DNA of 38,795 bases from Octopus bimaculoides. Its lineage: Eukaryota. Each line of letters opens with the position of its first letter. The stretch's first letter is position 1. Below are positions 1 to 12,581 of this stretch, piece after piece. The notes below the pieces were generated by a model. That model was not told the DNA's origin and searched no databases. It saw nothing but the letters and a program-made list of their open reading frames with translations. The stretch spans positions 112,400,575-112,439,369 of the forward strand of contig NC_068983.1 in assembly GCF_001194135.2 (NCBI RefSeq), given 5' to 3'. The position numbers and the translations under genes are program-made.

Positions 1-939
1 CTATATGTGTGGGTTCGTGTGCACAGCCTTACTCGGATGTCCCCTTACTCTCATGTGTGCATATATAAGTTTTTATAAGCAAACATTCCACCACATACGT
101 TGTTTGTGGTATCAGCTCTATTAGCCGTATCTAGAAAGCTGTAAGTGTTTTTTAGAAAGGAAGTTTTGTTGAGTGTGTGTGTGTCATTTCTGTATATATT
201 GGAAGGTTCTATGTAGAAGTTCATTTTATATAAGTTATTAATGTTCTAGTAGCAATAACAGTGATGGTGACGATGATGTTGACGACAATGAAGAGGCTCG
301 CCACCTTAATACTTTGCGTTCAATATATATTGAATGCAACATTGTGATCTCACCTTCTTTTCTATAATAATTCCTTGGAAAATATATTTTTCTCTGATAA
401 CAATTTACTATCCTTGTGAATATAAACTTAGCAATTACTCTACACAAATATCAGTAATTAAGCTAATTGCTTCAAAACACACATACACACATACCACACA
501 AATTATGAATATAATTATTTGTATCAATTTGTGATCTAGTCCTTTGCTCCCCTCTCTCTCTCTCTCTCTCTTTCATTTTCTCTTTGTCACATTCATTTAT
601 TTCTGCTAATTAATTCTATGTGGAAATTGTTTTAAAAATTTTATTAACATAATTTTTAGTTTGTGATTATTTTCTTATCTTTATGTGTATTTCAATTCAC
701 AGTTTGTATTTATACTGCATCACTTAGAACCAATTCTTTTCTTATCATTTGAATTTAAAATAAAATTTATTTATTTTTGCATTATTTTTTAATGCATATT
801 TTGTCTCAATTTCCATATATAACTTTATGTTTAATTTCTTTTCTGCATGTGATAAACCTTTTGTATTGTATAATTATGTCACTAAACAATTTACTTTTAA
901 TATATTATGTACTTCTTATTGCTTAATACTTACACAACT

Positions 940-1364
940 GCACATGTGCACATACACACACGTATGCATGCACATACACACACACAAGCACATACACACT
1001 CACATGTACATGGTCACATGTATACACTGACATGTACACACATACACACACACATGCACAAACAATTCACATATATACACAGAAACAAAGACATATAGCT
1101 GTGTGGCTAAGAAGTTTGTTTTGTGGCCCTGAGTAATTCTCAAATTGAGCGATACTTTGGGAGTGAAATGAAGTTGATATAATCTGCACAAAAGTTCACC
1201 TTGTTTGTGTGCGTGTTTGCATGCGTGTTTGCGTGCATGTTCGCATGCGTGTTTGCATGTGTGCATGTGCGTGCATGTGTGTGTGTTTGTGTGTATGTGT
1301 ATGTGCGCATGCATGTATGTGCAAGTGTGCATGTGTTTGTGATTGTTTGTCTGTACATGCATAC

Positions 1365-1420
<56 letters not shown>
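940..1420. repeat. Degenerate (CA/CATG)n tract (about 940-1085) and (TG/GCAT)n tract (about 1200-1420) around a short spacer
   Basis: Read directly from the sequence; pure (GT)n at about 1368-1418. Confidence 0.95.
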
Positions 1421-1421
<1 letters not shown>

Positions 1422-1776
1422 CGCGTATGCATGAGTGTGAACATCTTTGCATTGACACTACTTGGACAATGGTGATATTTGTTTATGCTCTGCATAAACA
1501 AAATACCTGCAGCTCAATGGTTCAACATAAAATAAATGTGAGCTGCTTTCTAGAAGTTTTGAGACTTTTTTAGGAGAGGCAATGATAATTGCAATTTTAT
1601 TATATTATTGTAATTTTAACATATCATTATTATACATTTAATAAGCTGACCTGCTAAATTCTGTTATTGCAGATTGAAAAAGATGGCTGTAACAGCTCTT
1701 TTAACACACCCCTACTTGACACAAATGTAAAAATGAATATATGAATATACATAAATACACATACATGCACACACAC

Positions 1777-1779
<3 letters not shown>

Positions 1780-1818
<39 letters not shown>
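1780..1818. repeat. (AG)n microsatellite
   Basis: Read directly. Confidence 0.95.
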
Positions 1819-1820
<2 letters not shown>

Positions 1821-2195
1821 ACACCTATATAAACATACACATATAAATACATACATTAATTAGATTAATTTTGACATCAGCACAGAGTATTTTGAGATTA
1901 AACTTATAAAGAGAGTAGCAACCATGTACATTTAGTAAATACATGGTAATCTTCACTGTGAATAAATGATGGTTTAACCCCAGGATCTAATGGTTCATAT
2001 AATAACGAATGTTTTATTAGTTGACAGTTCTTATTACAGATACTGTATTAAGTCGAGACTAGGGACCGTTAAGTTCTTCCTTCAAGAAAAGGAAAATCTG
2101 TCCAGTCTACTAATAGCTTAAACACAGCATGATGACAGATTATTCACTTGTTCCCAATATTTATGGAATACACTACATACTTTGCTGTCATCATA

Positions 2196-2268
2196 GTAGG
2201 AGGAGGAGGAGGAGGAGGAAGAGGGAGCAGCAGCAGCAGCAGCAACAGCAATAACAGCAGGAGTAGCG
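2196..2268. repeat. Compound (AGG)n-(CAG/CAA)n trinucleotide repeat
   Basis: Read directly. Confidence 0.9.
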
Positions 2269-2719
2269 ACCTGAAAAAATAATTGCTGCAGCAAAAGGTA
2301 GTAAACATAACATCAGAGAGAAATCAGTTAAAATGCCATTAAAGCACTCAAAGAGTTCACCATTTAGAGATTCTTATAGAGTTTGCCATTTAGAGATGGT
2401 AACATTTCAGACAATAATAATTTAGAAAGAAAGTAAAAGTCAAAGAATAATTTCAATATGTCAGATGTTTACTTGAGCAGCAAGTATTTTCCTGTATGAA
2501 GTTATCATTGTAGTTTCTACTCTACACATCCATTAACAGTCTACTTGTAGATATTTTTTGTGCAGAAGGTCATTGCTGACTATTTTCATGCTGGTTGTAG
2601 ACCTACCTATCCTTGCTGACCAATGACAGGAAGGCCACATCCACTTGATGAAGATGATTGACCTGCAAGAGTTCAGTGCTGGTTTCACGTAAAATGCACT
2701 CATGTTGGTGCCACATGCA

Positions 2720-2915
2720 GTGCTTGTATGGTTCCATGTTAAAAGTACTCAGTACACTCTGTAAAGTGGTTGGCATTATGAAGGGCATCCAGCCATAGAA
2801 ACCATGCCAAATCAGTCTAATGCTTGCCAAGTCTGAATAAACCATCCAACTCATGCCAACATGAAAAACAGATGTTAAACGACGATGATCATCTTCATCA
2901 TCATCATCATGATCA
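2720..2915 (+). mobile_element. RTE-LINE-type 3' tail fragment ending in (GAT/CAT)n
   Basis: taaaagtactcagtacactctgtaaagtggttggcattatgaagggcatccagcc matches the tail of the RTE at 16195-16240 and the repeat at 23080-23255. Confidence 0.65.
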
Positions 2916-5900
2916 TGATTGTGTGCGGTTGTGGTCAAGTTCTTAGACCTAGTCACCAGCAAAACTTGAACACTGAAAGTAGTGTCAAAACAATACTACA
3001 AACAAGACATCTTGTCTGACACTCTATCAATGCCATCAATCCATCACTCTGGACTGTTACTGTATTTTATTGACTTTCTCCAACAAAGGATGAAGGTAGG
3101 AATTTAGAATGAATACCATGAAGTATTCTTTTCAAAGCTTCAACAACTCTGCTGAAATTATCACCTTTGAAACTCTAATAATGAATTCTGATAAACTTTT
3201 ACTATTCTTTTATTCTTTTGCTGGTTTCAGTCAATGGATTACAGCCATGATGTAGTTCTGATTTCAAGAGTTTACTAAATCTTGTCCAGTCAATCCTAGG
3301 ATTTATTTCAATCTTGTAATTATTTTATCATTTTCTATTTGTTCTCTAAGGAGGTTTCTGACCTGGTAATTTTGATGTTCAACTTCCATGGTTGAACATT
3401 CTTACTCATTACATTTTCTTCAGGAGCTTCAATCACTATATCTCCTTTAATGAGAGTAGCAATTGGGCTAACTTTTAGATTAGGTTTCAATTAGATTTAA
3501 GATTTGAAATTACACTTATCCATACAATGAACCCAACAAGAGCCTCCATTACATTTATAAATTGCTGTACACACAAGAACGCCAAGCATTCTAAAATAAC
3601 TGAATCAGAAAACACATAAATTACAATGAGATATGCTACTTCACTTCTGACATTCAAATTGACATTGTAACAATAGCCACACTATTCTCAGGAAATTGCT
3701 ACGCTTAGAGTTGTTTAGTAACACCCTACACATGAACATCCTTATATCTGTGTGCCTAAACCACTTGTTCATCAACCTATCTGCCAGTATAGATACTCCA
3801 AATTCGTTTATATCAACAATATTGTGGGGAATATTGGATAAAAGTGCTTCTATTATAAACAATACGGTGCATGATGAGGGATTATTTTGTGCATCAACTG
3901 GCTTGAACATGGCAGGTCAAGGATATATGATGCCAAGAGCAATGTTCTTAGATACATGTCACTATACCTTCCTACAAAATGCATGACTATGAACAGAGTA
4001 CACCTACAAACTTGCAGTCTTTATTGACCAGCATAAAGTATTTAGATAATTTATCATTGTTTTCATGAAAACAAACACATATGTGTCCATATGCAATGGT
4101 CTTTCAGAGTCCAAGTGATGTGTATGTGTTGGTATATGGTGGTAACTTGAGATGTTTGGTTGCTATATGGCATGATGTTAGAGGTAGGTTATTTGTTTAT
4201 GAGTGTATATCCGTATGTACATTTGGGTGCATGTGCATATATGTGTATGCTTGTGCGTGTAGATAACTTTATGTGTGGATTGACTGACAGAAGCCCTATA
4301 TATAAGCCAGCAAACATAGTTATCAAATGAAGATTCTTCATAACTTCCTCTAACTTTCTAGACATAAAATCATAGTTAGTATACAGCAGTATTGCAAATA
4401 CCCCAGTCACTTGACATCCCACCACAAAGCTGACACATGAAATTGTATGAAAATATCAAACATTGATAAGCTCACATATTAAGAATGTATTAGCTAGAAA
4501 CTCTGTGCCTTTATTTTTATCCTAGTTAGATCAAAGGATATTAAAAGGTTTGCTTTGTACTCAAAGTAAATGTAGCATTCATATACTTGGAATTAATGTA
4601 AACATCAGACATAAGATTTTTTTCAACATAAAAACAAGACATACCCCTTTATGTTATCTGTTTACCTATATAATAGTACTGATGTATATTAAAAGTGTGC
4701 AACCAATATACTTTTCAACTATTTCTATTTATTTCAGTTTTTGCTCTATTTATGGATACATAGTACCATTAAAAAATTACATTTGTCAAAGACTGCTGAA
4801 GTTTACACAATTCGAGCATTCAGCATACTAAGTCTCTGTATCAATATTACAGTTATCTTTGAAATAATAGTACAATAAGTGGAATACTTTAAGAGTAACT
4901 GAAGTGTATCTAAAATATTATTGAATTTGTTGATCTCCAAACTGAATTAATACCAATCAATATGCCAGTGCTGTTATGGACAAAGCTTGAAGTAATATAT
5001 TTGCAATATTATAGAGTGAAAATTATAGATTATCATAAATGTTGCAAAAATAGGGGAGAAATTTTGTAAAAGCTATAGAAATCTATTGTAGAATTTAATA
5101 AATTGTGCACTTTTCAGATGAAATAGCTCATTGTGATAGATGAGAATAAGCAATAAAAAAGTCAAGAGTTTGATATGCTAATTGATAATTAAATTACAAA
5201 AACTACCTTACCTGATCAATCAAATGAAATAAACTCTTATTTTATGACTACTAAGTGAAGGATATATTGTTATACTATACTTTATTTACTTTTCTTGGAA
5301 ATTGCCATTGCAAGATAGTATTATATAGTTTGGTGAATTAAAATGACCTCATTGAAGAAATATTGCAAATATTGGTGAACTTGTACAAAAGAAAGTGAGC
5401 TAGTGATTTTTAACATGATGAACCTAGATGATATTATTACTTGTCTTATTGAACAAATTACATTAGTTCCCCCCAAGAAGCTTAAGAGCATTTCATTGTT
5501 GTATTTGCTCAGTGTCCTGAATTGTTAAATTCAGCTTAATATCAATGATATAGATCTAACTTGTTTGCATGATAATAGATATTTCACTGAATTATTGAAA
5601 GACAATTTAAATGGAATCTTACCTAAAAGCATTATCTTTGCAGTATAGAAGAGACATACTGATGTTTATCATAATTTTCACTGCATGATAAGATATAAAC
5701 ATTGAAAGATATATGAGTTTAGGATGCTTCAAGATACAACTATCCATCAGATGAAACAAGGTAATCCAGAATAAATAAGAATATAATTCATATGAATAAA
5801 AAAGTTTTTAAAACATCTTATAGTCAGACAATGCCTATGTATTGGGAATTGTAAAGCAAAACTGCAAAGAACATGCCAAAATTCAATTCATTTAAAAGAG

Positions 5901-6060
5901 TGGGCAATCTGTTTATTTTATCGTTTATGTTAATAGTTGTTGACAGCTGAGCTTGTAAGTTCAATGCAGGTTGATTATTGCATATAATAGCATGTTACTA
6001 CAACTCTGATTGACTCTTTCCATTTATTTTGAAAATGAATATTTGTTAGCTTCATGGGAC

Positions 6061-6110
6061 ACCCATGGGAGGGTGTGCCATTATTATTAATTCCCTATAT
6101 CTCCCCTTTT
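6061..6110 (-). repeat. 3' LTR remnant (6061-6099) plus polypurine tract (6100-6110)
   Basis: cccatgggagggtgtgccattattattaattccctata versus cacgtgggagagtgtaccattattactaattccctaca in the other LTR. Minus strand aaaaggggaga abuts it. Confidence 0.75.
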
Positions 6111-6198
6111 AAGTTTTTCTTAGGAAGTGTCATTTTATTTAGCAATAGTCTTTTTATTCCCCCCCCACCTCCCTTTTTTGAGCATTTTTTCGTACAAT

Positions 6199-7137
6199 TT
6201 AACATTTTTTGCACTTGGCATCTATTTTCAGGAGCTGTGTATGTTTTCTTTTCCTCTCACTTGTATGCCTATGTTCAATCATCTGCAGTGGCATTGGTAC
6301 TTGAAACATATTATACAACCATTCCATCGGTTCCTCCAACTTCTTGGATTCACTCTCCATAAATCTGCTTTTCAGTTGGTTCATGTGTCTCATATATATA
6401 TATATGCCTTTTCTACTTTTTACCCAATACATAATTTTATCTATGCATTTGGTAATATTGCCATCTTCCCAACTCTGCTTTCCATTCTTGTATGCCCTCA
6501 TATACACCTTTCCACCAACTTTAAAGTATCTTGTTATGTCTTCCCTGGTAATTTTTCTTTTCTTGCCAAGTAGCAATTTATTAAAGACTGATTTTACTTT
6601 CCTTGCAAGCATCAGCTTTGCTGGTGATCTACCTGCTGGTTCATTTGGATTTAGTATTACACAGTGCACTCTTAAAAATTGTTGTACAGCTACCTCATCT
6701 GTGACTTCCTTATTCAATATTCTAAGGGTTCTTTTGAAGGTATCAACAAAACATTCTGCCTGTCCATTAGATCTGGAATGGTATAACACCATAGTTATAT
6801 GTTCTACTGCAAGCATTTCACAAATTTTTAAAAATTTGCTAGACACAAATTGCATTCCATTGTCAGGCACTGTCTTGTCTGGGATGCCAAATTTTGCAAA
6901 CAATTTGTGTAAAAAATTTATCACAGTCGAAGAGGTTGATTTTTGACACTCGCAATTTTCAGGCCATTTCAAAAAACTATCAACTACCACTAAGTTGTGA
7001 GAACTATTTAAAGGACCAGTGAAATCAATGTGTAGTCTCAACCATGGAACATCTACTTTTGAACAATGTTTACTTTTTATTGTAGGCAATTTTTTATACC
7101 GTTTTGGTTTACATACAAGTATTCCACTCTGTTTCAC
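6199..7137 (-). pseudogene. Retrotransposon integrase (rve core plus C-terminal SH3-like region), degenerate
   Basis: 312-aa ORF with PWxRLHIDFxGP, VVVDSF, DNGxQF and SNGQAExFVxTFKR motifs, several of them substituted. Confidence 0.88.
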
Positions 7138-7249
7138 TGCAATTTTTCAGTCCATCAGCTGCATTCGAGCCTTTGACTGAATCGACAATATTTTCACTGA
7201 AAAACAAACATGGGTGTATTCTATACTTTGAATACTTCCAACCACTCTG

Positions 7250-8535
7250 TGCTGAATAAATTAAGTAAACTTTTTAACACATATATCTTTGCCTTGTTCG
7301 TTTGACCTCGAAATGATACATTACGTACGAATTCACCAAAAAAAAAAAAAAAAACTAATCTTTTTCCCATTACACCATGTGCTACCTTTATAGATTTAAT
7401 TAACTTTGGCTGACCGACATATTTCCCTGAATTTTTCGTTTATAATGATGATGTTATTACCAATGTCCAACTGCATTTTAAGACTTGTATTTCTGATTTT
7501 CACAAACACAAATTTCCTCATCGTTGTAATATCAATTTCTTTCAATGATATACTATTCATTTTTTTTCCTTTGTTCTGACATTTTATGATCTTCATTCTA
7601 CAGTGCGTCTTTATATGTCCTATATTTACACAGTGAAAGTACTTCGCTTTTTTAACTGGACAATTTTTCCTCGGGTGCATACCTCCACATGCAAAACATG
7701 GGTTTATTTCCTGATTTTTGTCATGTTTTTTGAAAACACTTTATCTCTATTCTGACTATTTTGCACTTGCTTTACTTGGAAACAATCTTTACATTCAACT
7801 TCCTGTGTGTTAATTTGACTATCCTTTCATATTCTTCTGACACTTGTTTTGTTCCAGCTTTGCAAGAATTCTAGTTCTAACTTTTGTGTCCTTTTCAGCA
7901 GTAAGTCTCTGTGTAAAAATCAGGCATTTGAACATATCTAGCATTAATTCATCCAGCTTAAGCTTCTCGCATTCCCTATTTATTCTACCAGCATATGTGA
8001 TGTAGACCTCATTGTTTTTCTCTATATGTTCAGATATTTCCAACATGTGTTGAACAATGAGCCTTTTTCACAGAAAATTTTACACAATATATCTATTGTG
8101 TCATTAAAGTTTATGTCTAAAGGTTTTCTTGGGAGTACATGATTACTGTATCTTTCATGTTCTGTTGCCACCAGTTTTCTCAAGATTAAGTGCGTTTTCA
8201 TCTCATCATCTCTATGTTTGCATTCTTTCTCAAAGATTTGCTAATATCTTCTGTAGTATGCTTGGAAGGTAACTCCTTTGTCAGGATCGTATTTGAACTC
8301 TGTTATGGAGTTCACAACATAGTCGGCAAGAACACTTTTCTGAATTTCCTGATGACTTCATTAACTGCAGCATTTGTGGCTGTAGTAGTAATTGTTGTTG
8401 TTGTTAGTGGTGATATTGTTGTTGCCTTAGCTGTTGTTCTTGCAGTTTTAGCTGCTGCTGTTGTTGATCTTTCAGTTGCTGTTGTTGTTGTTTTTGCAAC
8501 TCAAGTAAACTGGCCAACAAATTTTCCATAATTTC
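7250..8535 (-). pseudogene. Gag (polyQ N-terminus, CCHC knuckles) and aspartic protease remnants, with stops and frameshifts
   Basis: Fragments ITEFKYDPDKGVTFQAYY, LIFTQRLTAEKDTKVRTRILAKLEQ, LKMQLDIGNNIIIINEK. Confidence 0.8.
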
Positions 8536-8606
8536 ACAATTTTCTTTTCATAAAATTCTCACAACAAAAACTTTTTTGAGTTTATTAACACTTTGTGAGT
8601 TGTTAA

Positions 8607-8620
8607 AATCCACGTTGCCA
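8607..8620 (-). promoter_or_regulatory. Primer-binding site (decayed tRNA-Ser-type TGGCGACGAGGAT)
   Basis: Minus strand TGGCAACGTGGATT, 7 nt inside the LTR. Two differences from the complement of the tRNA-Ser(GCU) 3' end, as recalled from memory. Confidence 0.6.
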
Positions 8621-8627
8621 CTTAAAA

Positions 8628-8808
8628 TGTTGGATTGATATAACACCCACTTCAGTATACAGTATACTAAGTAAAACCAGTAATGATACGACTGTCTCTG
8701 ATCACCTACTATGTACTCTGGTACTTCATGTACTTCTCCTTATTTATAGTGACTGGGTTATTCCATTTGTCACGTGGGAGAGTGTACCATTATTACTAAT
8801 TCCCTACA
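8628..8808 (-). repeat. 5' LTR (181 bp)
   Basis: Bounded by tgttgga...tccctaca. Its last 38 nt on the + strand match 6062-6099. It lies next to the PBS at 8607-8620. Confidence 0.8.
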
Positions 8809-8887
8809 ACAACATTGAAGTTTTTTGCATATGTATCTCAATTTTCATTAACATCCCATAGTTTTGTGCATATGTGAATATAACTAT

Positions 8888-8940
8888 GAGAGAGAGAGAG
8901 AGTGAAAGAGTAAGAGTATGTGTGTGTATGTGAGTGACTG

Positions 8941-8981
<41 letters not shown>

Positions 8982-9000
8982 GAGAAAGAGAGAGAGAGAG
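8888..9000. repeat. Compound (GA)n-(GT)n-(GA)n microsatellite about 100 nt into the intron after the 105-nt exon
   Basis: Read directly. Confidence 0.95.
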
Positions 9001-9101
9001 TACTTGTTCCACGTAGGAAATATATTTACAAGATTTTGAAGTCAAATAACCAATAAAATCAACTCTGTCTGAAAACATTTAGCCAAGAAGAAAACATTTA
9101 C

Positions 9102-9206
9102 CTCCAAACTTCCTCTTGTACAATATTCTGTAATAAATGAAGGTCTTGCTGGATCATTTAAGAACCCAATAAATGGGTTTAAATTTTCATGTCGAAGTTC
9201 TCGGAG
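9102..9206 (-). CDS. Coding exon (105 nt, phase 0/0) of a receptor guanylyl cyclase, kinase-homology domain: LRELRHENLNPFIGFLNDPARPSFITEYCTRGSLE
   Basis: Minus strand reads ttttctcttcttttgaag|CTCCGAGAA...AGTTTGGAG|gtaaat, with canonical AG/GT and 35 open codons. The LRHEN(L/I)NPFIG...TEYCxRGSLE motif is characteristic of the KHD of retinal-GC/GUCY2-like receptor cyclases. Confidence 0.9.
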
Positions 9207-9289
9207 CTTCAAAAGAAGAGAAAGATTAAAAGGAATTCAATCAATTTTTCATTTAACAATGATAAATAATATAATGTAAACAATAGGTT

Positions 9290-10100
9290 GTTAGCAAAAT
9301 GAGTTTTTACCCAGTTGTTTTTATTTCCAATGAGCAATACTCGTGGAAACAAAAAGCCCTGGATTCCTGAAGTTTAACAGTATTCATAGCGAAAATGCAC
9401 GTTACTTTTTTTTAATATGTTCAAAGATTTGCAGCCAAATATATTTGTTGCATCAGTTTTATATTCCAATAAACCCAGATATATTGTTCTCAAGCAGCAG
9501 CGTTTCAGACATATATGCACTTTGTCACAATTTAAAGAAATGAATCCATAATTTACAGGCCCATAGGGATTGAATTGAATGCTCAGAATAGCTGTTTTGC
9601 TTTTACCATAGAATGCTTTTCTCAATATAAAATTCTCTGCAGCAAATAGTGAGGGGGGGGGGCAGGATTGAAATTTGTTATCCAGGTGTTCAACATAGAA
9701 AAATTAATTTCAGTTGTTTGATTAACTCAGAAGCACAGGAATTGGAATTAATAAATACTATTGACAAGTTCAGAACATTACAAATTTTGCCTCCAAGCGA
9801 GTTTGAACTATTTTACCTCCAGCATTTATAAAATAGAACTTTCTTACAATGAGGAGGAGTAACTCAAATGTTGCATAGCAAACTAACTAGATGTATGTAA
9901 TTTAGTAAACCATAAAATCTTTTGGTTTGTCTTTTGGCAATAAAACTACAAGATTCTCATTCTATTTATAAAAATATATTTTTTGCACATGGAGCTCATT
10001 TCTGCAGTATTTTTAACAATTTAGATATGAAAATTAAACAAAATAAGAAACATATTGCAGCAAAAGTTTTGTCAAAAACTTTGCAATATCAGTCTTTTAT
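9290..10100 (-). mobile_element. Possible heavily decayed Mutator/MULE-like transposase fragment
   Basis: Frameshifted minus-strand peptides LVVLLPKDK, FKLAWRQNL, LLNFRNPGLFVST loosely recall MULE motifs. No TIR or TSD seen. Confidence 0.3.
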
Positions 10101-10722
10101 GTAAATAGTTTACAATATCATTCAGTAAACATTTGATAAAATCATATTTTATGAATTCAAAATAATCACTAAACTGGCGTTATTGTGATAAAAATATCTT
10201 AATTTAAGTGACAACCATAGGCTTCCAATCCAAGATAGTAATTCATAACTCTTCAGAATGATTTGTCTTGTCTTTTTTTAGAACATTTTTCTCAGTCATT
10301 TCTATGATACTGGAAGTTAGATAGCTCTCTGTAATCTATTACAATGGAAGTTTTGCTACTTTATATTGTATTTATTTTCACATTTCCTTTCTGATGAATA
10401 TATATAATTCTTTAAAGATAATTTAATGCAAAATTGTGGAATCACAAAATTATATATCAGTGTTTGATTTAACTGAAGTATCCTACTCTTAATTCCCATA
10501 ATGACAGCAGTTTTTTTGGCCAGCAGCATTTAAATACTTTCGAGAAAATATAATTCAATACTCTTTGTCACTTTTTCTTTTGATATTAATCTACTCAATT
10601 AAGAGACTTTGAAATGAATGTTATACCTAAGAACTTGAACTCCTTATTTGACTGGTAAAAGAACTTTAATTTTTTGTTACAATTAGAGATATCTATAATG
10701 TCTCCTTGTTGCTGTTGCTCAT

Positions 10723-11955
10723 TACATAGGCTCAGTGAAAAGTTCATAGGCTGACTATGAAGGAGTGATGCTAGAGCTGTGAAGTCTTGCATGTATTAAT
10801 TTTAGCTCTTATTGATAATTACATTGTTTCTTTCCAGGTGAACCGACATCTGACTGTTCTAACAAAGACTTCAAAAATAACTAGTAGGAACTTCTCTTGA
10901 AAATGGACAAAATTTGGCATCATGGTGTTATCAAGTACTAGCAGAAAAGGGAGTTAGCCCCAAAGGACATATATGCTGACATGTTTGCTACATTAGGGGA
11001 TGACATTCTAAATTAATCAACAGGGCAAAAGTGGACAGCCAAATTTAGTAGATAAGGGATAGTCTTGACAATGAACCAAAGTTTGGACGTCCTACAACTG
11101 CCACTACCAAGGAACGCATTGATTGTGTTCAACACATGGCGATTCATGACAGGCTATTGATTATGAATCAAGTGTCCAACGTTATTAGCATATTATAGAG
11201 TTGAGAATGTTCTGCACAATGAACTTGGCATGATGAAGGTTTCTGCTCAGTGGGTGCTACACCTGATCAAAAATTCTCCAAGTTGATCACATCATGAGAA
11301 AATCGGACACCACTTGAGAAAGATCCAGCTGGTTTCCTTGAACATTTCCTACCCCAAGATATGTGTTGGCTTCATCAGTTTGGGTTAAAGACAATGGAAA
11401 TATCCATCCTCACCTGCAGTGAATGTGATGGCTTAACTTTTGAGGGATGCAAATGGCATTGTGTTCGTTGACTATCTTTGAAAGGGCCACATCATCAACT
11501 GAGAGTACTATGCCAACTTGCTGAGGCAGTTACAAAATGTTGCAAAGAACAAATGCCCAGGAAAACTGAGAAAAAGGGTCTTGTTTCATCAGAAGAATGC
11601 TCCAACACACAAAATCTTACTTTCAATGGCTGCTGTGCATGACTGTGTCTTTGAACTGGTTGATCACCCTTCCTATTTTCTTGATTTGGCTTCATCTATC
11701 ATCTGTTCTCCAACATGGGAAAACACTTGGCAAGGAACCTGTATCACAATGATGATGATGTCATATCTGCTGTTGATAACATTTTTTAATCAACGGAATG
11801 AAAGCTTCTTCACCATTGAGATCCAAGCATCACAACTTTGATGGAAGAAGTGTGTGGATCACAAGGGGGCAGCTATGTTGAAAAATAAACCTCAATTGGT
11901 CACGTTCCATTTGAGTATCTTGGCCAGCCTACGCACTTGTCATCCAACCTTCATA
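10723..11955 (+). mobile_element. Mariner (Tc1/mariner, D34D) DNA transposon, decayed; transposase about 10903-11888
   Basis: MDKIWHHGVIKY start, KVSAQWV, HQKNAP (HQDNAP), SYFLDLAS (YSPDLAPS), YVEK* end; degenerate TIRs with TA ends. Confidence 0.92.
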
Positions 11956-12370
11956 CTTAGGCTCTGACATTCAGATAGTATAATAATATCAATGATTACA
12001 AAAAGATAATAGTATAAAAAAATAATGAATAAGTAATATTATAGTGGGCAATTGATTCAAAGACAAAAGATTGGAGTAGATGGATTTCTAATAACATATA
12101 CAAGCCTGAAGGAAAAAGTGAAAACATAGATGAAAAGCTTGACTTTTGCTTTGATATAATTTGCACTTTGCTAATGTAAAGTAGATGATAAGGTTTGAAA
12201 AATAAAGCTACACAATATGCATATTTGTTTGTATGTATGTATGCATTTATGTATATATGTATGTATGTATGTATGTAGTATGCATGCACACATGCATACA
12301 TGTGTATATATATGCATGCTTGTAAAATTATTTACATAACATACATACATTATGTATTAATGATAAACAT

Positions 12371-12532
12371 AGGCGCGGGAGTGGCTGGGTGGTAAGTAGC
12401 TTGCTTACCAACCGCATGGTTCTGGGTTCAGTCCCACTGCATGGCACCTTGGGCAACTGTCTTCTACTATAGCCTCGGGCCGACCAAAGCCTTGTGAGTG
12501 GATTTGGTAGACGGAAACTGGAAGAAGCCCGT

Positions 12533-12581
<49 letters not shown>

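Larger units (their letters stand above)
6061..8808 (-). mobile_element. Ty3/Gypsy LTR retrotransposon, Mag-like, non-autonomous (gag-PR-INT, RT/RNaseH deleted, 3' LTR truncated)
   Basis: 5' LTR 8628-8808 (TGT...ACA), PBS-like TGGCAACGTGGATT, Q-rich Gag, twin zinc knuckles CFACGGMHPRKNC / FHCVNIGHIKTHC, protease remnant, integrase ORF, PPT and a 39-nt second LTR remnant. Confidence 0.9.

Noticed and set aside
827-1501. Long His/Thr- and Cys/Val-rich ORFs (also 11996-12829, 13083-13845, 21433-21911)
   Set aside because: Translations of CA/TG/TA microsatellites and N runs.
2607-2662. 56-nt minus-strand segment with good splice sites (ttgcag|...AG|gtaggt), VNHLHQVDVAFLSLVSKD
   Set aside because: Only superficially like the expected next exon (D..IKLDWxFxxSL). 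It lacks the conserved Trp, is too short and ends in phase 2.
3641-3986. Overlapping 89-96 aa ORFs on both strands
   Set aside because: No recognisable motif or matching splice structure.
8190-8531. 113-aa Val/Ala-rich + strand ORF resembling a membrane protein
   Set aside because: Antisense shadow of the polyQ Gag.
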